From the NCBI RefSeq assembly GCF_009914755.1, contig NC_060948.1: 64,000 nucleotides of DNA; one strand, 5' to 3'. Origin of the DNA: the human T2T-CHM13v2.0 reference genome, Homo sapiens. The notes below the pieces were generated by a model. That model did not search any database and was not told where the DNA came from. It saw nothing but the letters and a program-made list of their open reading frames with translations. Position 1 is the first letter of the stretch; each line of letters starts with the position of its first letter. The position numbers and the translations under genes are program-made. This document shows, one piece after another, positions 39,901-52,700 of this stretch.

Positions 39901-41832
39901 ACAGCCCATGCAGAAACATACGTATAGTCTCACCAATGCACCAATATATGTTGCAGTCTCACCAATGCACCAAGATGTAAGAGTATCCCTTTGTCTGTAA
40001 TTATACCCAAAGATCTTTCCTTTAATAAAAAAAAAAGAAGCTGAGAAACAAAGTTGAGATTAAAGAAAAAAAAGCACAAGAAGAAAGCTCTCTGCCAATC
40101 AAAAGAAGGACTCAAATGTGTTTCCCACTATGAGGTTGGGGTTCAGGGTTATTACAAACTAGCAAGAGAAAGAAGTGTTTTTAGTCAATGGGCTGCTTTG
40201 AAGACCATGCAATTTAACTTGGCTCAGGGTCTTGGCCTGAGAATAATTCAAAAGCTTAACCCAAGAAATCTGCCTAGAAATAACCAGGAGGTGTAGTCAT
40301 AATTTATAGCTGCTGCTCAGCTCATCCCATGACCTATCAGGAGCTGACGTAAAAGCTTGGCTCAAAAATTTGGCCCAGGCTTAATCAGGAACTAAAACAG
40401 TAATTTATAAAGGCTGGGCTCACAGTCCAAAAGGAAACAAATGTGCCAACCAGAAGCCACCAGGACCCACTGTGTTTATGCCAAAAAAAATGGACAAGAA
40501 ACTACTTCCTGGGAGCCAACCGATTATACAAATACAAGGGTATTTTTGAGCCATGGCTGGTTCTCTTATCACAATGAGCCAGAGTTTGCACAAGACTTTT
40601 CTCTGAATGGACTGAAGATTCTTCTGTCTGTGACAATACGGATCTTGAGATACAACCCTCTGTGTTAGTTATCTTGTTGGTGTCTGCAGACTGATTTTTT
40701 TTAAGGCTGCTTATGTGTTACGTGTAAATGAGAAATGAACCTGCAGAACAGTGGTTTTCCAGGGACACTTTCCTTGCTGCCTCCCTAACTCAAGCTAGCT
40801 TTCTTATCTCAGTAACACTGTAAAGAGCCTCCTGAATGTGGGTACTTCAGATTTTACAATAGGAAACATGAGGAGGCACAAAAGAAGAAGAGTAAAGACA
40901 AAAGAAGAACAGAGACTCTAGCTAATGCAATACAGTTTTGTAAAAATCCAAGTCCCTGAGTGGCACCTGCTAACTGTTATCAGTGTGGCAAGACAGGACA
41001 CTTTCCCAAGAAATGCTGAGAAAACAATAGAAAGCCACCTCAACACTCTCCAACCAGTGGTGGTGACCACTGAAGGGTGTGCTGATTAATGAGGCATGCA
41101 CCACTAAGTCCAGGACCAGTCTCACAAATGGTCCAGCAAGACTGAGAGTTCCTGGAGATCAATTCCCCAGCTCTAACAGCTGCCATAGTCTTCGGGTTCC
41201 AAACTCTTCAAAATCCTTGGGTGATTCTGAAGGTGGAAGGGAGGAAAGTAGACTTCCTTCTCAAAACTGGAGTGGGTGTCTTTGTTCTGCTTTTCAATCT
41301 AGGCTTTCTCTCCTCCCATAATGTGACAATGATGGATGTGTCAGCAAAAGTCCTTTATGGAATATTTTCTCAGCCCATTAGTTATAGTTGAAACGACCTT
41401 CTATTTAGCCATACCAATTTAATAATTCCTGAAAGTCCCACTTTATTACTAGGTAGAGATATTTTGGCCTATATAGAAGCCTCCATATGAATGGCTGCAG
41501 GATAAACTCTTTGTCTCCACTAAGTGGAAACTAATATTAACTAAGAAGCATGGGATGTCCAGAGAAATGTTGCTGGGCTACAACCACTGTATGTATCTGT
41601 ATTTACATTAAGGATTGCACTATTTTTTTTTCTGACCAGAGGCATTATTTCCCAAACCAGAAGGTAGAAAAGGGCTAGAAGTCATTATAAATAAGCTATA
41701 AAACAAAGGCCATTTTAGACCCTGCAACAGTCTTTACAAAACCCCAAATATCAAAGAAGGTCATTTTTTAACATGCCCAGAAATCCCATTTGCTTGGACC
41801 TGAAGAAGGAAAAAGTTTAACCAACTCATAGG

Positions 41833-42834
41833 TATTAGGGAACCAACCCCCGATATTTCAACCTCAGTTCTTTTCTATTTTCCATAAGTGTCAGCCAGTC
41901 TGAGAAATAAAAGGATAGGTTAGAAAAAAAAGAAAGAAATTTTAAAGCGGTGTGTCTGGCAGAGACATTACATGTCAGCAGGTTCCGTGATGCCCCCTAA
42001 GCCAAAAACCAGCAAGTTTTATTAGCAATTTTCAAAGGGGAGGGAGTGTACAAATAGGGTGTGGGAGACAGAGAGCACATGCTTCAGAGGGCAATGAAAG
42101 ATCACAAGGCAGAAAGGTCACAGCAAAATCACAACATCAGGGTGAACCTAGAATTGCTAATGAAGTTCCATGTCCTGCTGTGCATGCATTGTCATGATAA
42201 ACATCTTAACAGGGTTCCAGAGCAGAGAACTGATCTTGCTAGAATTCTCCAGGCTGGAATTTCCTAATCCTAGCAATCCTGGGGTTGCTGCAGGAGGCCA
42301 GGGTGTGTTTCATCCCTTACCTGCAACTGCATAAGGCAGACACCCCTAGAGCGGCCATTTTAGAGGCCTCCTCCTGGGAATGCATTCTTTTACCAGGGCT
42401 GTTAATTACTAATATTCCTTACTGGGGAAAGAATTCAGTGATATTTATCTTACCTGTTTTTGGCAGTAAGACAAATATGGTTCTGTCCTGCCCAGCTCCC
42501 AATCAGTCAGACCTAATGGTTATCTCCAATGTTCCCTGAACATCACTGTTATCCTGTTCCTTTTTCAAAGTGCCCAGATTTCATATTGTTCAAACATACA
42601 TGCTTTACAAACAATTTGTGCAGTTAACACAATCATCACAGGGTCCTGAGGTGACATACATCCTCAGCTTACGAAGATGATCGGATTAAGAGATCAAAGT
42701 AAAGACAGGCATAGGAAATTATGAGAGTATTAATCTGGGGAACTAGTGAATGTCCATGAAATCCTCACAATTTATGTTCTTCTACCACAGCTTCAGCAGG
42801 TCCCTCTGCTTGGGGTCCCTAATTTCCTGCAACA
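41833..42834 (-). mobile_element. MER11 (HERV-K HML-8) solo LTR
   Basis: Reverse complement starts TGTTGCAGGAAATTAGGGACCCCAAGCAGAGGGACC...AACATAAATTGTGAGGATTTCATGGAC. Length ~1 kb with imperfect 6-bp flanks CATAGG/CATCAG. Confidence 0.85.
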
Positions 42835-44423
42835 CATCAGTATTTGGAAGTAAAACCCATGGTTGTGCTTGGTTTTAAGAGGTTTTATCAGAGGTTCCTC
42901 ATGAAGAAAAGTTTCATCAAAACCAGTGTACAAAGCCTATTTAAGAGCAATTATTTGGCCCACAGTTTATGCCAATAGTTATTTTAACTATTAAATTATA
43001 GACCATTTTGCTGTCAACCCAGGCCTATTATATTTGTTTTTTACAGAAATGAACAAGGAAAATAGAAAAATTTGCTTCAAATCTTACATTGGCCATTGTC
43101 TTCTAGTCTCATTAGTTGTCTTTAGAATTTGCCTGTAGTTTAAACTAGCCCTGTTAATTTCTGTGAGCCAGTCAGAAATCTCCAGCTACAGCTAAGTAGA
43201 AAACATAAAAAAGGTTAACATTTTAAAGTATGTAACAATATTTTCTTCTGGGCAATTTATTCTACAAATCGTGCCAGGTCATGAAAGTATAGTGTGGACT
43301 CATAGTTAAGGGGTGTTTGTCTTTGTGGGGATAAGACTAAGGACGCTAAGCAAAGCCAAGCCCTATACATCTACAATTCTCTGGCATAATTATAGCCCTC
43401 AGTTTTCGGGGCATGTCAGCAGCCTCAGAATTTTTAAGCTGTTTATTGCCTCAGCTCATCTCATTTAAAAACACATATTTTTATAACCCAATTTTTTTCT
43501 TCTTACATAGAGGAAATCAAATTCCAAATGGTACTGGAAATGAAACCACTTATGAAAACACCGTGTTTCTGTGAAACCTTATCCTGACCTCAGGCAGAGC
43601 TCCAGCTGTTGCGTTTCATTGCACAACCCCTCTCCCTAGCAGGAGGTAGCTAGAAAGATCAATTCTGTCTAACAGCAGTTAGGTAGTAGGGTTGGTCTCT
43701 CCCTAACAGCAGAGAAAAGTTAGATAGTTGGGGGGGGCCCTTGGTATAACTTCTAGGAACAAAGATCCAGCTTACTGAAAAATAGGCTACAGACACATAT
43801 TAGTAAACTCACACAAACCTTCAGCCCACTCACATGAAGAAACGCAGTCCAACATAGACAGAACTTTGTTCTTTGTGCACAAATATACGCTCACAAAGAG
43901 ACTGATTGAAAAACAAGAACAACAAGAAAACACCCTTGTCTTTTGTATAAGCAATGGACTTCCAAAATTAGTGGCTTTTTTTTCGGTGAGGAAAGTACAC
44001 GGTGGGCGACAATAAATTTTAGTGGGCACTTTTCTGGACATGCTTTGGAATATAACCTGAAGTGGTATGAATCATCACATCAGCCTCTGATTAGTCATGG
44101 GTAGAGGTCGTGAGCCAAGCTTTCACATCAGCACTTGTTTTGTCCCAAGCAAAAGTCCAAAGCCAAGCTGAGTAATGCTTTTTCCGAGATCAATCATCAC
44201 ATTCTTCCATCTCCCAGTACATGAGGACCCCAAACACCAGGGTGACACTGGACAACCAAATTGGGTTTCCACCGTGGAGAGCCATTTTAATTTCCTTCTT
44301 AAACTTCAGTGCTAACTTCACTTTGTGTGCACGTTCCTCAAGTTTTTGGACCCCAGATAAATAACTCTTTGTGATGTCACACAGTGAGAATTTGCTACAT
44401 GTGGTGAATTGGTGAGACTACAA

Positions 44424-46500
44424 TTGAAGCCTGAATTGAGCCCTGGGATGCATAAGTCTTACTTGATTATATAAAATCGGGCCCTGTAATGCAAACTATG
44501 TCTCTGCAGGCATTCCACCTTCCAGTGGTCGCCACCACTGGCTGGACAGAGTTGAGGAGGCATTGTTTTCTTTTCTCTGCTGTTCTTCCTGAAGAGTCCT
44601 GGAGCTTGCCAAACTTTCAGCAGTTAGAAGGTCCAGCTCAAAACTCCTGGATTTTGTAGACCTGTAATTCCGTCACTAATGCCTCTGTCTATCTCTTGCT
44701 TTTTCTGCCTTTCCTGTGCCTCTTTGTGGGCCCTGCTGTAAAAGACCAAGAATGCCACCCACAATTTTTCTACTGTGGTATCTGGGACCATAGTCTGCTT
44801 TTGTAGTTATCTTCTGATTTAAAGTTTGAGTAATAAACTTGCCTAACAAGATTACCTGTATTTTATTTAAACCAGGAGATAGAGAAGATTGTTTCAAAAA
44901 ATCCACAGAATCCTCTCTCAGCCTTTCATTAAGGCTGAAATATTTTGATTTGGTTTTTATTTCAATATGGCCAGTTTTGATTAATTAAGAGCTTTGATTC
45001 CAGTTTCTTGGAAGCTTTTTAACACACACATTAGAAACTCTTTTTGTTTCCACTCATCCATAAAATCAGTAGGCCTTTAGTTATGTTTTTTAAGGGGCAA
45101 TGTCTCCCTTCTTATTGGAAATGGGGCTTCTGTCTCTTTTCCCCTCATTTTTTTTTTGGTCCGGTTTTCTTCTTTGCCTGGCTATATTAAACATGCTATT
45201 TGTCTCTGAAACTCTCTGTTGCCTGTGCGGCTTCCTGTTGCTCAGCAGTACTTAACATTTGGCTTAGGAATGACATAACATGTTGCCATGTAAAACCAAA
45301 CACTTGGGTAACATTTTGGAAAGCCTGTCTGTATTCATCAGAGTTATCAGAATACTTTTCTAGGTCCCAATCTATCTGTTTGAAGTCTTATAATAAAAAG
45401 AGAACCAGTAATTTAGATGCACCGTGTTTATTGGGCATTTTCTTTAGGGGTAACAATTTAATGGAGGGTTGCTTGGGAGAAATGAAGAAGAAAAGGATGA
45501 TAAAGTGACTAGAGGAGTCTGTGGATGGGGGACACAGGAGAAGCTGGAACATCTGGAAGTTTCTTCTGAGGGTTTCCTGGAGGTTTGTTTCTCTGACTTT
45601 TGAGAATTGTTCACTATAGACAAGTCTGATATGCTAAGAAGGCATGGTCAACATTACAATGTTTACAAATATCTGGGTTGTTTGCAGGACAAAGAAAATA
45701 CCTCAGATAATTTACCTTCCCACTTAGAGAAAATATCTAGATGTTGGATAGAATTGAGAGAGAAAATTTAGGTACATAGGATGGATTCTTGCTAAAACTA
45801 CTTTGAACAAAGAAACAGGCTAAAATACCAGGCTGCAGGCAGATTTTTAAAAAAACCTGAACAAACCTGCAGCCCACTCATATAAAGGAACAAAGCCTAA
45901 CAAACAAATATTTTTTGCACTTTTTTGTTACCTAAAACATGCCAACAGATAATCTGATAAAAGAAGAATATTCTGCATAAAAATATTTTTCTTCTTAAAT
46001 AATGCACATACTTCCAGAAAATAGTTTCTATTCCTTTTACACAGGGAGCTTCAGTGTGCTTCAGTGAGCACTTTTCTTCTTCTTCTTCTTCTTCTTCTTC
46101 TTCTTCTTCTTCTTCTTCTTCTTCTTCTTCTTCTTCTTCTTCTTCTTCTTCCTCTTCCTCTTCTTCTTCTTCTTCTTCTTCTTCTTCTTCTTCTTCTTCT
46201 TCTTCTTCTTCTTCTTCTTCTTCTTCTTCTGCTTCTTCTTCTTCTTCTTCTTCTTCTTTTTTCTGGATATGCTTTCTACTGTGAGCTGAGCCACTATAAA
46301 TTTTTACTTCAGCTACTTTTCAGTCCTGGGTCAAGTTTCTGAGTCAAGCCAACTAGTACTTTTTCAAGACTAGTGAGCACACTCTTTTCTTAATTCATAA
46401 AAACATCAGAACCTGCCGTATAGTGAGAAACACATCTGTCTCCTATCTGTGCTGTGAACAGTCATTTTTTCCCTGTTAAGTAATCAATCTGACTTCATTA
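44424..46500. mobile_element. Antisense gag fragment (44424-45750) followed by a sense LTR fragment
   Basis: Homologous to the other gag copies. The gag/LTR junction matches the one at 26696. Confidence 0.72.
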
Positions 46501-47528
46501 CAGTGAAGGAAAAAGAAAGCCTGATGATACTTCAAAGTAGCAGACTGATATGTATAGTGGCATGCCCACATGTGCAAAAGTGTGCATCGGAACACACTGA
46601 AAACCACTGGGTAAAAGAAATAGAGACTATTTTCTGGAAGAGAAGCATTTTTATGCATACTATTCTTCTTTTATCAGATTATCTGTAGGCATGTTTTAGG
46701 CCAAAAAAAGTAATTACAAAAGAGTTTATTTATAAGGCTATGTTCCTTTATATGAGTGGACTGCAGGTTTGTGCAGGATTTTTTTTTTAATCTGCATGAA
46801 GCCTGGTATTTCAGTCTGTCTCTTTGCTTAAAGTAGTTGTAGCAAGAATCCATCCTATCTACTTAACTTTTTTCTCTCAATACTATCCAACATCTAGATA
46901 TTTTCTGCAATTGAGAAGGCAAATTGTCTGAGGTGCCATATATGTCAGATTTCTTTGTCCCGCAAACAACCCAGATGTTTGTAAACATTGTAATGTTGAC
47001 CATGCCTACTTAGCACATCAGACTTGTCTATAGTGAACAATTCTAAAACATCAGAGAAACAAATCCCCAGGCAACCCTCAGAAGAAACTTCGAGATGTTC
47101 CACCTTTTCTTGTGTCCCCCGACAAGGGACTCCTGTAGTCACTTTATCATCCTCAGATTCTTCAATTCTCCCAACCAACCTTCCATTAAACCACTAACCC
47201 TAAAGAAAATGACCAAAAAACATGTTGCCTCTAAATTCCTGATTCTCTTTTTATTACAAGACTTAAAACAGATAGATTGGGACCTAGAAAAGTATTATGA
47301 TACCCGGATGAATAGAGAGAGGCTTTCCAAAATCGTTCCCGAATTTTGATTTTGCATGCTCACATGTTATGTCACTCCTAAGGCAAATCTTAAGTACTGC
47401 TGAGCAACAGGAAGCCACACAGGGAACAGAGAGATTCAGAGACAAATAGCAGGTTTAACATAGCCAGGCAAAGAAGAAAACCAGTCCAAAAAAAAAAGTG
47501 GAAGACAAACCAAAGCCCCATTTTCAAT
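45114..47528. repeat. Diverged inverted repeat: arms ~45114-46075 and ~46575-47528, spacer ~500 bp
   Basis: CTTCCAGAAAATAGTTTCTATT (46011) pairs with AATAGAGACTATTTTCTGGAAG (46619). ATTGGAAATGGGGCTT (45114) pairs with AAGCCCCATTTTCAAT (47513). Confidence 0.88.
46074..46256. repeat. (TTC)n/(GAA)n tract, ~61 triplets with 3 interruptions
   Basis: Direct reading of the sequence. Confidence 0.98.
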
Positions 47529-47529
47529 T

Positions 47530-48915
47530 TATATATATTTGCTACATGTTCTGAGAAAGCAATATATTAGAATACTCAGTAGGAGTATAGGAGCACTTCT
47601 TCAAATTCTTTGCTTTACTTTTATTTCTGAGGATTTTGTCCTAAGTTTATTTTTCCTTTTTGTACTCAAGAGCAAACAACACTGAGCCAGTGTCAGCCAG
47701 TTCAAATCAAAAGGATGACTTCCAGCCTTATAAGACTCAGGTGACAGGCCAGATAGAGAGAACTTTGACAATCCCCCAACATCCTCAGTTGATGAAAACT
47801 TTGGCTCTGTTCCAACTCACTTTCCTTCACAAAGCAGCTTATGCATGCAGAGACTTACAATCGGTCTTGAGACAATTGAAAGTTTCTGGCCAAGGCTACA
47901 GCTCAGTGTTATCTAAAGCCTTCTGAACTAAGGCCAGTCAATGACAGTCCATCAGGGTGATGGCACCAGGAATTCCAGAATTTTCTATTTTATTTTCTTG
48001 CCTTTCCGTTTATGGCAATCATGTCTCTTATTTTCTTCTTTTTATGCAATGTTGCAACCAGGAAATATATTCTTATTGGGTGAATTCAGTTGGTGATTTA
48101 GTAATCAGGAATATTATTCAAATATTGCTGTTTTGGTGGTGTCTTGGAAACAAACGAAATTCGAGTTTTTAGTCTAACTTTTAACTTGGTAAAAACCTTT
48201 TTGGGAACCAGCGATAGACATTTAGAACACTGTAAAAGAAGTTTTCTTACCCCGAGGGAATACTTTCTTCTGCATTTTTTCTTCTCCTTTTTCACTGTCC
48301 TATTAATCTAAGAGGCATAGTGTAGGGAACGTTTATCAAGCCCTAACCCTTCTTTTCTAACTTTTGACAGAAAAGTGTTTGTAATCAGAGTTTTCATCTA
48401 ATATTTCAGATCCTACATTGCCACTTGTTAAGATAGGATTTTTCTCTATATAGAATCTTGTCAGCCCTTTGCCTAAAATGTCTGGTTTCCAACTTTCTCC
48501 CCCTGCAATGTCTCAATGACAATTATAAGACTCTATGTCCCATCTCTAAGCAGAAAATCTCCACTTTCAACAGTCAAAAAGAAGCTGCCCTTGACAAATT
48601 ACAACCTCATTGCTGATGTTTTTATAAAAGAAGGAAAGGAATGGAATCTTTTTTTTTTTTATTTTTTGAGGCAACCGTTCTGCATCCAGCTACATTAATA
48701 TCTAAATAAGAAGAGAATGTTAAGTTTCAAAGTCAATCCGTCTTATTTATGAGGATGTCAATGTTTTGCTAGGACCATAGTATGGGAAAACAGGGATAAT
48801 ATAAAGACTCAAACTCTATTAAAGACTGTTGCTTCACTGTAACTACCGCATAATCTTTCTTAGGCTTCCCCCACGTACCTGGAACTTTTTGGGTTGAATG
48901 GACTTAGGAGACAAA
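47530..48915 (+). mobile_element. Class I ERV leader/internal fragment
   Basis: Similar to 27900-29250, for example CAGAAAAT.TCCACTTTCAA and TAAGTTTCAA.GTCAATC. Confidence 0.6.
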
Positions 48916-48927
48916 GACGGAATTTTA

Positions 48928-48928
48928 C

Positions 48929-48959
<31 letters not shown>

Positions 48960-49657
48960 CACACACATACATGTAATTAGGAATTACACATATACACTCA
49001 TATACACACATATACATACACACACATATATGTCTATATATGTATGTGTATGTAATATACACACATATGTGTGTATGTGTATATATACACACATATATAG
49101 ACAGAGCATACATATATACTTATATATACACACACTTATATATGTGTGTGAATGTTTGTATATATATGCACATGTGTAATATATACGCATACATATGTGT
49201 GTGTATGTGTATATGTATATACATGCGTATACACGTACCATCTATATACACATACCAGAGTGTATAGATATACATACATAAAGTCTGGGTATTACATATA
49301 TGTTATTACATACAGATATACACACACATACGTATGTGTGTGTATGTGTATATGTGTATATACACACAACTATATATATATACACACATATACATATATG
49401 TGTATGTATACACACAAACTTATATGTATATATATACACACATATACATATGAATGTGTGTACATATATATGAATGTAATACAAACACATATAATACCCA
49501 GTTTATGTATGTATACCTATACACGCTGGTATGTGTACATAGATGTATGTATATATACACATATCATATATGTTTATGTGTATATAGATGTATGTATATA
49601 TACACATATCATATATGTGTATGTGTATATAGATGTGTATGTACATACACACACAGA
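48928..49657. repeat. Compound TA/CA/TG alternating purine-pyrimidine microsatellite (~730 bp)
   Basis: Direct reading of the sequence. Confidence 0.95.
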
Positions 49658-49739
49658 CAATTTAAAATATTAAGTAGCATGAACACAAGTGTAAAGTTTC
49701 AGCAAAATTTTAGTATATAAAAACAGACCATTTTGCCTG

Positions 49740-52700
49740 CAAATTTCTACGTGATCTGAGAGCTATTAATGCACAGATTAAACCAATAGGTGCATTACAG
49801 CAAGGTCTGCCATTACTGGCAGCCATTCCAAGTGACTCACCTCTCATAGTAGTAGATCCTAAAGATTATTTCCTTACTACACCCTTACATGAGAAGGATA
49901 AGCGAAGTTTTGCCCCAAAGCATGCTCATCGGTCCTACGCTATTTCAGCGTTTTGTAGGACAGTCCTTAAAGGAGCCTCATAATATATTTCCTACTGCCT
50001 ACATCATTCATTATATGGATGAAATCCTTTTTGCTGCTCCAATGGAAGAGTGATTACACCAAATATTGAGAGAAGCAAAACAGGGGGACATCTCAAAATA
50101 GTTCAACAAATGGTAGAAACAACCTCCCCATACCAATACTTAGGCACTATTGTTACTGAAACAAATGTTAGACCTCAGAAAGTAGTCCTCTGTAGGGACA
50201 GATCACAAACCTTCAGTGATTTCCAACAACTATTAGGAGACATAAATTGGCTGTGCCCAATCCTAGGCATTGCTACTCATCAATTCAAACACTCAGATCA
50301 TCCATGGAGATTCTTCACTAGGAGTAATGGGCTTAGGAGACAAACGCGTTGCTCCAGCAACTTACTAAGGAGGCTGAAGTTGAGTTACACCTTGTAGTGC
50401 AGATTCTTCAGTAAACACATGCCTCCCAGCCACAGCCACAAAAGCCTTTGGTTCTCTTTGTTCTTTCTATCCCCCATTCTCCAAAAGGACTTTTACGACA
50501 GATCATAGAAAAATATGCAATTGTGATAGAATGGCTTTCTTTTGAAATTCAATCAGATAGTAAAATCTCTGCAAGTTTATCTTTCTTTAACTACTCAATT
50601 TATAACAAGGGGTAGGGTTAGATCAAAAATGCTTAAGAGATATGATCCAGACAAAATTACTGTTCTCCTTTTAGAGCCAGTCTAAAAGTATGAGGAAAAA
50701 TATTGGATTCCCAACAATAGTTGCATCATGGGAATTGTTGACTGTGTGTCAAATTGCTCTTTCAGATTATGTAGGAATAATACATAAACTTTATCCATCA
50801 GACAAAATTTTGAAATTTTAAAAATTCAACCTTTCATCTTCCCTGTGATTCCTCATCACAAGCCCATTTCAGGCAGCCAGACCTATTTTACTGATGGCTC
50901 TTCCAAAGGTCACAAAGCTACTTATAGTACTAACCATGCTCCTACAATAAAAAAAACCCAGAGTTTCAGCTCAACGCTCAGAACTAATGGAACTTAATCA
51001 GGTTTTAGAGCTCACTGGTTCATCTCTTATTAACACTCTCTATGATTCAGCCTATGTTGTAAATGTAGCTGGTCATATTGGGACTGCCACTATTAAAAGC
51101 ACCCTAGCACCAGAGATGTTTAACTTGTTTCTAAGGCTTTAACAAGCTGTTTGCTCTCATGCTCCTTTTTATATCTCTCATATCTGCTCTCCCACACAAC
51201 TCCCTACACCACTATTTCTAGGTAATAATAGAGCCAATAAATTGATTTGTTCTGCATTTCAGCAAGCTCAACTTTCTCCTATATTACTGCATCAAAACTC
51301 TGTCTTTACTCGTATGTTTCATTTGCCTAACAGCCAGGCTGCAGCCTGTACAAGCCCGTCCTACTTGCCAGCATGTCACTGGAGTCACACCCATAGAAGG
51401 CTGTAACCCATGAGACTTAGCTTCAAATGAAATCTGACAGATGGATGTTACTCACAAAGCTGTCATTGGCAAGCTCGCCTTTGTTCATGGGACTATAGAC
51501 ACTTATTCTCACATGCGGCATGCTACATGTAAACCAGGTCAAACAGCTGGTTATTTACAATGACATTGTCTGTCATCATGTGCTCATATGGGGGTTCCTA
51601 GGCAATTAAAAACTGACAATGGACACGCTTATGTTAGTCATGCTTTTTAAAATTTATTACAGCTATGTTCAATCACTCATAAAACAGGAATTCCTTACAA
51701 TCCCCAAGGCAAGGAATTATAGAGCAGGCAAATTGAACAGTACAACGCGTGCTGAAAAAAACAGAAAGGGGAAACAGGAGACCAGTTACCACCTCAAACA
51801 AAATACATTTACTTTTACTTTAATTTTTTTTTTCACTTCGTTTAAATTTTTTGTCTCCTGGTACAGATAGTAAGACTATGGCAGAATGACACTGGTAAAT
51901 GTTATAGGGAAAAAGGAAAGTATACCCAAAGATATTATGAAAATCCCCCCAAGGACGATGGAATGGCTCAGTAGATTTACTGATGTAAGGACGAAGGTAT
52001 GCTTGTGTTTTCACAGAAGATGGATAAACTGTGTGGGTGCCCTCAATGTGTTTGCGACCATGTAAAGGGAGAGTGGAAAGAGCCATGGTTCCCAACTATG
52101 GATCCGGCTCCTCCGTTACAAGCCATGAGTAGGTTGAAACTGCTGGAGCACCAGGGTCAGGCAAACAACCCTGACCTCACGTTTATGGCCATGCTACCTG
52201 TAACATCCTGGCCAGTAGGTTTTCCTTGTGCAGAGACAAAAACATATTGGGCATATATTTCCAATCCCCCAGTATTATGGAGTGTAATATGGAGTGACAC
52301 TCCCCCTGATATCTATCATGATCATGGAGGATGGGCACCAGGACCCCAAACACCCCCTGACAAACAGTAATTAGACTCTCAGAACAATGATTATCAATTA
52401 TGCTGTGCCATTGGAGGGACTTCCTTTATGCATCACCCAGGGTACATCACTCAACTGCAGTGGCCTTGCAAATTAATCCCAAGTACGGTTAAGTTACCAT
52501 GGAAAAATTATGTACCTATTAGGCCTTAGCTTTATTAACATTACTGGTGTAGATAATAACCACTCACAGCCCCATCCCCAAAATTCTATTAATTATACAG
52601 AATGGGCTCCCTTTGATAATTCCTACCCCCCTCATTGGACCCAGTGTCTTGGCACCCTAGCTAGAGAACAACAGTTCATGCTAATGGGAGACATTATTTT

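Larger units (their letters stand above)
30619..40811 (-). mobile_element. Nested antisense provirus of the same ERV group
   Basis: 3' LTR ~30619-31463 and 5' LTR 39949-40811. gag 36950-38420 and pol remnant 35130-35900 (PVVYLRKKFSLVSK). Flanked by ATAA and GTAA. Confidence 0.8.
26696..44423 (+). mobile_element. Decayed class I (gamma-like, MER4/HUERS-group) host provirus, interrupted by nested insertions
   Basis: 5' LTR ~26696-27455, leader, gag 29460-30618 resuming at 40812 (CYQCGKTGHFPKKC knuckle near 40975), pro/pol start to 41826, 3' region, and 3' LTR ~43707-44423. Confidence 0.75.

Noticed and set aside
39931-39975. tRNA gene
   Set aside because: Only an 11-nt match to a tRNA 3' end, in a retroviral PBS context, with no cloverleaf.
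46054-46342. Poly-Ser, poly-Lys and poly-Leu ORFs
   Set aside because: These are translations of the TTC microsatellite.
48898-49720. Several Y/I/H/T/C/V-rich ORFs
   Set aside because: Artefacts of the TA/CA repeat, which lacks stop codons.
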